A stretch of DNA of 64,000 nucleotides from positions 22,469 through 86,468 of the forward strand of contig JAPLSN010000029.1 in NCBI GenBank assembly GCA_026398615.1, written 5' to 3'. The notes below the pieces were generated by a model that saw only the letters and a list, made by a program, of their open reading frames with translations, searched no databases and was not told where the DNA came from. Positions 55,684 through 64,000 of this stretch are shown here, one piece after another (position 1 is the first letter of the stretch; each line of letters starts with the position of its first letter). Position numbers and translations under genes: made by a program. This DNA comes from Spirochaetota bacterium (GTDB lineage: Bacteria; Spirochaetota; Spirochaetia; Treponematales; UBA12059).

Positions 55684-56598
55684 ATGACGTTGCGCACCCG
55701 GTTGCAGATGATCTTCGGAACGACGGTGCTCGTTTCGTTCGCGAGCGTGCTCGTCTTCGCGGCTCTCGGCATCCGGAAGGAGATGCGCAGCTCCCTCGAG
55801 ACGATAGCCACGGAAACCGCGGGCCGTTATGCGGCCGGAATCGACGCCAGGACCGGGGAAGCCCTGCTCACGGCCCGTACCGCCGCCCGGATATTTTCCA
55901 ACTTCGAGCGCTTCGCGACGACGGACCGCAGGAACACGATCGACGCCCAGGTGCGGTCGCTCCTGGAGCGGAACGGCAAGTTCACGTCCATCCGGGTTTT
56001 CTTCGAGCCCGACGCCCTCGACGGGCTGGATGCCCGGTACGCGGGAACGGAGCTCGGCAATGACGCCGGGCGTTTCGACATCGTCTGGCACAACGAGGGC
56101 GGCCTCGTCGAACGGGGCAGGTCCACCGAGGCCGCCCTTGTCGAAAGCGAACTCTATGCGACGGTGAAGAAGCTCTCCGTCGAAGTGGTGCTCGATCCCC
56201 GGGACTACGCCTACGGCACCGGTTCCCCCCTTCCCCGCGTGAGCGCGACGGCCCCGATACACGACATCTACGACACGTTCATCGGCGCGGTCAGCATCGA
56301 TCTGACCCTCACGGACTTCCAGGGCATCATCGACGAGGTGAGGCCCTTCGGAACCGGTTTCGCCGGGCTCTACACGAAAAACGGGTACATTCTCGCCCAC
56401 AGGGAACGTGCCCTGTTCTCGAAAAATTTCACAGACGAAGCCGCGCGCTACCTGCCGGAGGGCGCCGCCGTCCTCGCTGACGCCATCGCCGTGGCGGAGC
56501 AGGTGTCCGCCAAGCTCGTGAACGCGGCGACGAACCCTTCGTCTGATCGACGGAGGACCCGCGTCAGCCGAGTGTGTGGAAAAAAACGGTGGCGATGA
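55684..56598 (+). pseudogene. Chemoreceptor N-terminal fragment: TM1 plus a Cache-like periplasmic sensor domain, no TM2/HAMP/signalling domain
   Basis: MTLRTRLQMIFGTTVLVSFASVLVFAALG TM1, then a ~270-aa sensor domain; the ORF ends in unstructured SSDRRRTRVSRVCGKKRWR and overlaps the 3' end of the convergent ZIP gene. Confidence 0.5.
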
Positions 56599-57871
56599 AC
56601 CCGAGCACGGTGAAAAGCCCGACCATCCTGATGTTGCGCTCGTAGGCCTCCGGCAGCATGGTCTGCGCGGTCATGGCCAGCATGGAACCCGCCGCGAGCC
56701 CTTCGAAGAGGGAGTGCGCCGTGGGCGGAAGGATGCCGGAAATGAGGTTGCCGAGCAGTGCCCCGACTCCGACGGCGGCCACGAGGGAGATCCACATCCA
56801 GAGTATCCGGCCGGCCTTCGTGCCGGACTCCTTCATCATCGTGGAACTCGACAGGGATTCGGGCAGGTTGGCCATGAAGAGGCCGGCGATGAGGGCGGGG
56901 CTCGCGTTGAAACCCTGCATGCTTGCACCGATCACGAGGGATTCGGGGATGCCGTCCAGGAGAAGGCCGAGCCAGATGGCCGTCGCCGCCCCGGTCCGCC
57001 CCTCGCTCGCCGCGACCTTGATCTCGGTCTCGGTCAGGCGGTAGGCGCTCTCGTCGAGGTGGCGCGCGGCTTCCTTCACCCATTCCTCGCCGCTCAGGGC
57101 CGCGGCGGGGATCTTGCCGGTCCGGCCCCTGGCTGCGGCAAGCTCCGCCACAGCCGACTTGAGCTCGGGGCTCGACTCCGCCAGGAATTCGAAGTCCTCC
57201 CTGCGGACGACGTACGCGCGCGTGTCGCTCACGGGTATCGCGTCGGCGGCGCGGGGAGCGTTCCAGATGAGGGCCATCTCGCCGAAGGTCTCGCCCTCGC
57301 CGAGTTCCGCGACGAGGGAACGGCTCCCCTTGTCATCCGTGTACTCGATGCGCACGGCGCCGGTATCGATGATGTACATGGCATCGCCCGAGCCGCCCTG
57401 GAGGCAGACAGGAACGTCCTTGGGGAAGCTCCTGAGCTCGATGTAGGGGACGATCGCCTGTACCTGGTCGGCGGGCAGCGAGCGCAGGATGTCGACGTGA
57501 CCGAGTTTTTCGAGCAGTTCCTGGGCCGCGCGCTTCTTCTTCGTCCGCAAGACCGACAACAGGGTGGAACGCTTGCGCGCCCAGGCGCCGCTTTCGTCCG
57601 CCATGCGGGACAGCGCGATGAAGAGGAGGCAGCCCAAAAGCAGTCCCGCGGCGAGGGGGAGGAAGCCGGCGTCTTCCCGTTCCACCGCCGGGTTGACGAG
57701 TTCAAAGGAAATGGCAGCTATAAGCGAACCGGCGCCGAACGACATGACGGCGGAGATCACGGTCCTCGAAGGTTTTGTCCAGAGCCCGATGAGCGCCCCG
57801 ACGGGGAGCGACACCGAACTCAGGGCTCCGAAAAGGAGGGCTGCGAAAGCGGACGAACGGAAAAAATCCAT
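56564..57871 (-). CDS. ZIP-family (ZupT-like) metal transporter with a cyclic-nucleotide-binding (cNMP) domain in the central cytoplasmic loop
   Basis: ZIP TM helices at both ends (HSLFEGLAAG, HTLG); central CAP-family cNMP-binding domain (GDAMYIIDTGAVRIE... GEGETFGEMALI... AAD...TRAY). Start set at MDFFRSS. Confidence 0.75.
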   Translation of the reverse strand: MDFFRSSAFAALLFGALSSVSLPVGALIGLWTKPSRTVISAVMSFGAGSLIAAISFELVNPAVEREDAGFLPLAAGLLLGCLLFIALSRMADESGAWARKRSTLLSVLRTKKKRAAQELLEKLGHVDILRSLPADQVQAIVPYIELRSFPKDVPVCLQGGSGDAMYIIDTGAVRIEYTDDKGSRSLVAELGEGETFGEMALIWNAPRAADAIPVSDTRAYVVRREDFEFLAESSPELKSAVAELAAARGRTGKIPAAALSGEEWVKEAARHLDESAYRLTETEIKVAASEGRTGAATAIWLGLLLDGIPESLVIGASMQGFNASPALIAGLFMANLPESLSSSTMMKESGTKAGRILWMWISLVAAVGVGALLGNLISGILPPTAHSLFEGLAAGSMLAMTAQTMLPEAYERNIRMVGLFTVLGFIATVFFHTLG

Positions 57872-58058
57872 TACGGACCTCCGGGGTGCGGGGCTTTCGT
57901 CGAAGTATAGATCGACAACGCGTAAAAATCGAATCCGGGGCACCGGGCCGCAGGGAGTTCGGAACGGTGTCCGTGCGATTGGGATCGCCTGAGGCGGATC
58001 ATTTCAGTACATTCGAAACGGCGGGCCGCCGGATCGACGGACTCGCCGGAGGAACCAG

Positions 58059-58262
58059 ATGACCAGCAACATGGGAAAGATCGACCGCGTCATCCGCATC
58101 GTGCTCGCGGCCGCGTTCTTCACGCTCGTCGCCCTGGGCGTCGTACGGGGTCCGCTCGCATGGCTGCTCGGGGCGCTTGCCGTCGTGTTCGCCGCCACGA
58201 GCGTCGTGGCTTTCTGCCCGCTCTACCTGCCCTTCAAGTTCTCCACCAAGCCCAAGGCTTGA
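58059..58262 (+). CDS. DUF2892/YgaP-like small inner-membrane protein (67 aa)
   Basis: GKIDRVIRIVLAAAFFTLVALG...LLGALAVVFAATSVVAFCPLY: the two-TM DUF2892 signature with a conserved CP motif. Confidence 0.6.
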   Translation: MTSNMGKIDRVIRIVLAAAFFTLVALGVVRGPLAWLLGALAVVFAATSVVAFCPLYLPFKFSTKPKA

Positions 58263-58336
58263 AGCATGGCCGCCGCCGGAAAGGACTCGGCGGCGGTTTC
58301 ATTCCGACCATCGGGGTGAAACGGGCGGCCGCGGAC

Positions 58337-60136
58337 TCAAACCGTGAATTTGTCCGCTGCCAGCTTGACCTCTGAGACGAGCTCGCCGGTGCGCGAGCAC
58401 AGCTCCATGGTATTCGCGATCGCCTCGTTGATCTCCCTGGTGCCCTGGGATATCTCCTCGTTGTTCTGCACGACCATGATGTTGACGCTCCTGAGCCGTT
58501 CGACCTGGCGGAGGATCGAAGCGTTGCCCTGCTCCATTTTCGCGGAGCCGTCGGAAATGGATCCCGTGATTTCGCGAAGGCGGCCGAGCACATCGAGCAC
58601 GAGGCGGCCGCCGTCGCGCTGTTCGGCCATGGAAGCGCCGATGGATCCGATGGCATCGCCGAGAGACCCGGATTTTTCCAGTATGGACGTGAAGCTCTGG
58701 ACCGTCGCATCGGTCGCCTTCTTCACGGAATCGATGGCCTCGGCGACCTTTCCGAGGTCCCTCGAGATGTCCTTGGCCTGCTCGTTCGATTGGGTCGAGA
58801 GCTTCCCGATTTCGTCGGCGACCACGGCGAAGCCCCTGCCCGCCTCGCCGGCGTGCGCGGCCTCGATGGCCGCGTTCATCGCAAGCAGGTTGGTGCGATC
58901 CGCGATGCCCGTGATGACTTCCACGGCCGCGTTCAGGTTTTCCGAGTACTGCACGATCGAGGATACGGCGGCCATGACGTCGTTGATCTTGGATGTGCCC
59001 TGGGATCCTTCCTCGATCAGCAAATTCGACGCTGACGCCGCGCCCTCGGCGCTAGACGCGACCGAATCGACGTTGGCGATCATCTCCTCCACGGCGGCCG
59101 AGGAATCGGCGATCATGGCCGACTGGCTGGAGATCAGGGAAGTGAGGGAATCGACGCTCCCGACGAGCCTGTCCATGGCGGATGACACTTCCGCGACAGC
59201 TTCCGATTGCTCCCCGAGCTGGCCTTTCGTGCTCTGTATGTTCGTATTGATCTGGACGACGGCCGCTCCCGTCTCCTCCATGTTCGACGACAGGCCGTTC
59301 GTCGTTTCCTCGAGGGCGCTTATCCGTTCCTTGACGGTTTGGACGAGACCGCGAAGGTCGACGACCAGGTCGTCCACGGAGGAGGAAATTTTTCCGATCT
59401 CGTCCTTCGCCTTCGATCCCACGGCCATGGTGAGATCCCCGTCTCCCGCCTTTTCCAATGCTCCGACGAGGACCCCGATCGGCTTGGAGATCGAACGGAC
59501 CGTGAGGATCACGAAACCGATCACGAAAATGAAGACGAGTGAGGAAACGATCGCGAGCGTCCGGATCGCGTCCGAACTCGCGGAAGTCGCCAGGGACGCC
59601 GACTCGTCCGCTTTCGCCTTCATGGATTCATCGAGCTTGAGGAGCACGGCGGCCAGGGCATTGAACCGTATCCGGGCTATGGACATGAGCGTGGTGGATT
59701 GCACGGATCCCGTCCGGAATTCGGAAACGGCCTTCGTGGCGGCCTCGGAGAAAGCCTGGTACCCCTTTTCGGTGTCCGAGAGGATGTCGCGCGTTTCCTC
59801 GTCGGTTTCCATGTCCGTGAACCGGGAAAGCTCGGTCGTGCTCCGCGAGAGGGATTCCTCGAAGTTCTGGATCGCACCCGTGACGTATGTCGAACCGGTG
59901 ATGGCTTCCGCCTGCACCTGGTAGAGGTCGACGAGGCTGGTGTAGACGAGGGCGTGGAATGCCGCCGTCTTGACGAGGAGCTCCGAACTGGAGCCCTGGA
60001 ACCGTATGGAAAAATTGAGGTCGCCGAAGGATTTGTATGCGATCAGGAAATTTCCCGAGAATGCGATTACGACGACGAAAGCGAGAAGGGATAGCTTGGC
60101 GAAAATACTCAGCCTGTTCAGGAACGGAACACCCAT
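58337..60136 (-). CDS. Methyl-accepting chemotaxis protein (TM1, periplasmic 4-helix-bundle sensor, TM2, HAMP, MA domain)
   Basis: MA-domain signature [28 protein letters not shown] and methylation-helix heptads; GGGGG SD before MGVPFLNRL (60136). Track ORF starts 40 codons upstream. Confidence 0.85.
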   Translation of the reverse strand: MGVPFLNRLSIFAKLSLLAFVVVIAFSGNFLIAYKSFGDLNFSIRFQGSSSELLVKTAAFHALVYTSLVDLYQVQAEAITGSTYVTGAIQNFEESLSRSTTELSRFTDMETDEETRDILSDTEKGYQAFSEAATKAVSEFRTGSVQSTTLMSIARIRFNALAAVLLKLDESMKAKADESASLATSASSDAIRTLAIVSSLVFIFVIGFVILTVRSISKPIGVLVGALEKAGDGDLTMAVGSKAKDEIGKISSSVDDLVVDLRGLVQTVKERISALEETTNGLSSNMEETGAAVVQINTNIQSTKGQLGEQSEAVAEVSSAMDRLVGSVDSLTSLISSQSAMIADSSAAVEEMIANVDSVASSAEGAASASNLLIEEGSQGTSKINDVMAAVSSIVQYSENLNAAVEVITGIADRTNLLAMNAAIEAAHAGEAGRGFAVVADEIGKLSTQSNEQAKDISRDLGKVAEAIDSVKKATDATVQSFTSILEKSGSLGDAIGSIGASMAEQRDGGRLVLDVLGRLREITGSISDGSAKMEQGNASILRQVERLRSVNIMVVQNNEEISQGTREINEAIANTMELCSRTGELVSEVKLAADKFTV

Positions 60137-60263
60137 TGAACCCCCGGGATTTGATGGCATATCGCCGATCATCCCGGAAAACATTATTGCACTACTTCCG
60201 GGCAAGTCAAGCCGGTAAAGATCGCCCTTGGGTATCGCGTCATGCTTCCGGACCATCGCAGCC

Positions 60264-60393
60264 TCATTGCACGGGGAAGCCGAATTTCACGATCAGGTTG
60301 TCCCGGTCCACCGTCGGATGCTGGACGTTCTTCGTGAGCTCCGGCACGCGCGCAGTAACGTACGCCCGCAGCTCCGTCGTGTCCGCGATACCG
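60264..60393 (-). CDS. Displaced 3' terminal segment of the WD40-caspase gene ([42 protein letters not shown]-stop)
   Basis: Encodes the canonical caspase-domain C-terminal tail (DG.IT..EL..YV...V.....Q.P). Its first 34 nt are a perfect copy of 61210-61243, where the main gene body breaks off. Confidence 0.6.
60360..60393. repeat. 34-bp perfect direct repeat, copy 1 (GTACGCCCGCAGCTCCGTCGTGTCCGCGATACCG)
   Basis: Identical to 61210-61243; the two copies flank the ~0.82-kb insert. Confidence 0.8.
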
Positions 60394-60662
60394 CCCCTGG
60401 TCCCGCAGTACCATTCCGCCAAAGCGCCCGAACAGCAGGTAATTGCCGTCTTGTGAAATTGCCAGGGCTGATTCAAATTTGGTTGCCACGAGCGGTTGGC
60501 CGCTCGAAACATCCCACTTCATGAGCAAATCGTCCAGGGACAGAGAGACGATGGATTCCTTTTCCAATGAATACGCGACATTGAATAAGATGGAAACGGC
60601 GGGGGCCGGCTGCGCCGCCCGGGCGATGTGCGTCGAACCGGTCCGGGCCGGCGCTAAAAAAT

Positions 60663-61199
60663 TCACTTGTTGAATATTTCCCGTGCCTTCATCCATCCTT
60701 TCTGCGGGAAGGAAAAGCCCAGCTCGATCGCGAAGCTGTGGACGACGTCCGCATATCCCGTGTAGGGGTTGGTGCCGGGGAAGATGTTGTAGCCGAGGTA
60801 CGGGCGGAAGTACATCGACTTCGACATCCTGACGTACAGCGAAAGGCCGGTCGTTGCGACCATCGTGGATCCGTTGGGACCGCTGAAGAGGCCGAGGCGG
60901 ACGTCCCAGTCGATCGGCAGACCCTTGACGACGCCGAACCTGCCGGCGAAAACGCCCTGGACGATCGGGCAGACGGTGAAATCGGGATCGGTCAGGAAGT
61001 ACAGGCCGCCGGTCGCGCCCACGCCCAGCCAGTTGTACCGCCCGCCCCCGATCGGAATGGCCCAGGGGAAGACGAGGACGTCGACCGAGGGACCCGTCAT
61101 GAAGCCGGGGATTTCCGTTATGAGGTAGGCGTTGACGGAGGCGGGCGCGTCGAGCGCGTGCACGGCCCCGGCGCTGCAGATGACGGCGAGCGAGAGCAT
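60663..61199 (-). CDS. Secreted 8-strand beta-barrel-like outer-membrane protein (OmpA-TM/OmpW-like, PF13505-type) encoded inside the insert
   Basis: Signal peptide MLSLAVICSAGAVHA-LD; eight amphipathic beta-strand-like segments (YLITEIPG, VDVLVFPWAI, RYNWLGVGATGGLYFL, ...VVHSFAIELGFSF); 178 aa. ATG lies 10 nt from repeat copy 2. Confidence 0.55.
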   Translation of the reverse strand: MLSLAVICSAGAVHALDAPASVNAYLITEIPGFMTGPSVDVLVFPWAIPIGGGRYNWLGVGATGGLYFLTDPDFTVCPIVQGVFAGRFGVVKGLPIDWDVRLGLFSGPNGSTMVATTGLSLYVRMSKSMYFRPYLGYNIFPGTNPYTGYADVVHSFAIELGFSFPQKGWMKAREIFNK

Positions 61200-61209
61200 T
61201 ATCGACCTG

Positions 61210-61243
61210 GTACGCCCGCAGCTCCGTCGTGTCCGCGATACCG
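61210..61243. repeat. 34-bp perfect direct repeat, copy 2
   Basis: Identical to 60360-60393; encodes [11 protein letters not shown] in the caspase reading frame. Confidence 0.8.
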
Positions 61244-64000
61244 TCGCCGTTCGCGTCGGCGGCGGGCGACGAGAGCGCGGCAAGGACCGCCTCGGTGAAC
61301 GCCCCGTTCCGCAGCTCGTCCAGTTCGTACGACAGTTCGCCGCCCCTGCAGCTCGAGAACACGATGGCCCCGGAGCGCCGCACCAGGTCGTTGTAGATGT
61401 AGCGCCCCTGGTCCCGCAGGGCTTCCGTCACCGCCGCGCTTTTCTTCCCGAGCGTGATCCCGCTCCGCGTCGTCCTGGCCCGGACGCCCTTGCCTCCCGC
61501 GGATGCCGCCGCGACGAGCGCGCCGCCGTCCGCCTCCCCCGACTCGCAGGTGTCCATGAGGAAGAGCTTCTTCCTCGGCCCGATGCCCTGGAGGAGATCC
61601 TCGACGAGGTCGAAGTCCGCCGCCGTCTGCGCCAGGTTCGACAGGTCCGCGTCGTGCGTGAGGAAATAGTAGGTCGACTCCCTGTCGGTATCGTGGAGCC
61701 CGTGGCCCGAGATCGCGAGCACGAAGACGTCGTCCGGGCGGGCGTTCGCAAGGAGGGTTTTCGCCTTCCTGATGGCGGATGGCGTCACCTCGTCGTCCGT
61801 GCGGCTCGTCGCGTACACCTTGCGGAAGCCCTTCCCTTCCATCGCCTGGAAACGCGACTTGAGGTCGAGGATGTCCTGCGCCGCCCAATCAAGGTCGAAA
61901 TCGGGGTTTCGGTACTTCGACACGCCGAAGCCGATGAAGTACAGGTCGGGCTGCGTTTCGCCGTCCCAACCCAGATAGGCAGGGACGCGGAAGCTCTCCG
62001 CGCCGCCTGAGTCCATGCAGGACGCTTCGATCTTGTTGTCGCCCGAGCCCAGCTCGACGCGTTCCCTGGCGCTTGCCTGGCTGCCGCCCACCGGTTTGCC
62101 GAACGCGCCGAAAAGCGGCACGTCGTTGACCCAGACCTGGTATCGCGCGAGCGGTTTCCCGTTGGCGGTGAAACGCAATTCGAGATCGGCGAACTTGCCG
62201 TCCTGTTTGCCCGCGGTGATCTCGGCCTTCGGGACGCGCCAGTCCGCCGTCAGGTCGGCTTCCGTGAGACCGAGGCGGCGGAGGCGCTTCAGGTACCGGT
62301 CGCGGTAATGCCGGATGAGCGCGGCGTCTGTGCTCCCGAGGCGTTCGAGGATGATGTCGGGACGGTTGTTCCGCGCGGCGAACTGGTCGATGTTCCAGGT
62401 TTCAAGGCCACTGACCATCGCGACGAGCTCGCCGCAATCTGGGGAGCCGTCCCAGAAGCCGTCGTCGGTATAGACGAGCCACCGACGGCCGTCTTCGTCG
62501 GCCACGAACGCAACCCATGCCCCGGAAGACAAGTCCCACAGCCGGATGCTCCCGTCGCCGGACGACGAGAGCGCCGTTTCCCCGTCCCCCGAGAAGGAAA
62601 GCGAGGTAACCCGCCCGGAATGGCCGGAAAGCTGCCGCACCGCACGGCCGGAGGCGAGATCCCACAGCACGATGGTTCCGCGCCCGGAACCGGAAAGGGC
62701 TCGCGTGCCGTCCCGGGAAACGGCGAGGGATTCGATGCCGGCGTCCGGGGAAGAAAGCGATACGACGAGTCGGCCGTCCCGGAGGTCGCGGAATTCGACA
62801 TGCCCGTCCGAATGCCCCGTGAGCGCCCGGAGCCCGTCGGGCGACAGCACCGCGGTCGTCACGTCCGCCCGGGGATAGTCCAGCGTGGTCGAGACGACGC
62901 CGGTGTCGGGGTCGAACAGGCCGAGCGCGTCGCGCCTGGCCGCCATGACCGTCCTGCCGTCCGGCGCGTACGCCACGGAGTCGAAGGCGACCGCCAGCTT
63001 GACTTCCGTCGACGAGCCGACCGACGGCGCATGGACCGTGCCGGCGGTGGGTTGCGCGCTCTCGTCGGAGTACCACGCGAGCAACGCGCCGCTTCGCGTG
63101 TCGAAAAACTTGATCTTCCCGTCGGAACCGCACACGACGAGCGCATTCCCGTCCGGGGACAGGGCTGCCGAGTGGATCCAGGAATTGACGAGTTTCTCGT
63201 AGGCGGTGTCGGGCAGGGCGGCGATGAGCGGATCCAGGAAGCCGAAGACGTCGCCGGTTTCCAGGTTCCACAGGCGGTATTCGCCGTAGTCCGCCACGGA
63301 GTAGACGCGCCCTCCGCCCGGGAAGAAGCCGACTTCCTGCACGACGCAATCGTTGTCCGTGTTGACCTTCGACAGGCTGCAGGCCGAACGGTCCCATACC
63401 TTGACCGCCTCGTCCATGCCGCCCGAGACCATCCGGTCGTCCGCCGGGGAGAATGCCGCCGAGTTGACGCTGGTGGACGCGGTATCGAGATTCGCCGTCC
63501 GCGACCCGCTCCCGATGTCCCACACGCCCAGGTCCCCGAAACCGGAACTGATCGACGCCAGCCTCCCGTCGGCGGAAACCGCGGCGGCGTGGACGTTCAT
63601 GCCGACTGCCTTTATCTCGCGGAGGACCTTCCCCGTCTGGAGATCGAAAATCCGCAGCGAATCGCCTTCGAAGGACGACGAGACCAGCAGGCTGGAGGGC
63701 GGCACGACGGCGAGCGTGTTGACGAACGAGGCGTAGCCGTCGAAGACGAAGAGCTCCTTGCCGGAATCGACCGCCCAGGTTTTCACCGTCCTGTCCGACG
63801 AGCCGCTGAATACGACCTTGCCGTTCGTGGAGAGCGCCAGAGACGTTATCGACTTTCCATGGCCGGCGAAGCTCCCGGTTTCCGTTCCCGTCGCGGGATC
63901 CCACAGCTTCAGCTCGCCGTTCCCGGAGCCGGAGACGATGCCCGAACCGTCCGGCAGCCAGACCGCTGCGTTGACGCCGCCCCTGTTGCCCTGGAAATCC
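61210..64000 (-). CDS. WD40-repeat / caspase-domain (peptidase C14) protein, 5' part runs off the window; interrupted ~30 codons before its stop by the 0.82-kb insert
   Basis: Several WD40 repeats (LWDLASGRAVRQLSGHSGRVTSLSFSGDGETALSSSGDGSIRLWDL etc.) continue in frame to the window end (...SDRTVKTWAV...). Caspase His/Cys dyad VLAISGHGL and LFLMDTCESG. Track ORF 60184..63786 reads through the insert only because high GC avoids stops. Confidence 0.7.

Noticed and set aside
60184-63786. Single 1200-aa ORF spanning the caspase gene, the insert and the MCP upstream region
   Set aside because: Below 61210 the frame reads Arg/Pro-rich nonsense. It crosses the insert out of frame with the OMP gene and the true caspase tail, and survives only because the high GC avoids stops. 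The real gene structure is body plus insert plus displaced tail.

Overview
This is a 64 kb, high-GC (about 65-70%) bacterial chromosomal segment, densely coding on both strands. The content points to a diderm host: several outer-membrane beta-barrel candidates, a LolA-like protein, a BamB-like protein, RNase Y, two methyl-accepting chemotaxis proteins and an H+/Na+ pyrophosphatase. I did not assign a taxon, and there is no rRNA in the window.

The core housekeeping content I could recognise:
- RNA and translation: partial RNase Y, an RRM RNA-binding protein, RluA/RluD-type, RlmL-like, RumA-like and Rsm22-like RNA-modification enzymes, and a YbaK deacylase.
- tRNAs: tRNA-Ala(GGC) with a consensus sigma70 promoter and intrinsic terminator, and a minus-strand tRNA-Asp(GTC)-tRNA-Pro(CGG) pair with its own consensus promoter.
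- Regulated operons: a LacI regulator beside a GH36 alpha-galactosidase with a perfect operator palindrome; a BirA-BioY-EcfA-EcfT biotin operon with a BirA operator at the birA start; and a seven-gene operon headed by a YtrA-type GntR regulator (SPFH protein, MacB-like ABC ATPase, two FtsX permeases, LolA-like protein, outer-membrane protein).
- Other recognisable genes: an MscS channel, an aldo/keto reductase, Tdh, an MFS exporter, a flavodoxin-like reductase, two M23 peptidases, tandem MBL-fold hydrolases, a GNAT acetyltransferase, a serine hydrolase, a SagB-type dehydrogenase, and a ZIP metal transporter with an embedded cNMP-binding domain.

The most unusual loci, in my order of interest:
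1. A WD40-caspase (peptidase C14) gene at 60.2-64.0 kb is split about 30 codons before its stop by an ~0.85 kb insert flanked by perfect 34-bp direct repeats. The insert carries a secreted 8-strand beta-barrel protein gene and a low-GC WD40-like fragment. Excision between the repeats would rebuild an intact gene.
2. A low-GC (~50%) island at 47.7-52.7 kb looks like a decayed defence locus. It holds an AAA_21/OLD-type ATPase translationally coupled to a 47-aa Toprim-like stub (PARIS/OLD-like), two small overlapping upstream ORFs, a helicase/PD-(D/E)xK nuclease pseudogene lacking Walker A, a GGDEF remnant without the GGDEF motif, RHH-antitoxin-like debris and a radical-SAM gene.
3. A second low-GC island at 11.5-14.4 kb, directly upstream of tRNA-Ala, carries a phosphohexomutase with ~110-aa terminal extensions and a small protein with a strong RBS.
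4. A duplicated ~70-nt module around the tRNA-Pro terminator contains inverted copies of the tRNA-Pro 3' end.

Where my hand-indexed coordinates disagree with the ORF track (by 1 nt in a few places near 48.8-49.2 kb), I followed the ORF track. Self-derived coordinates are good to about ±2 nt.
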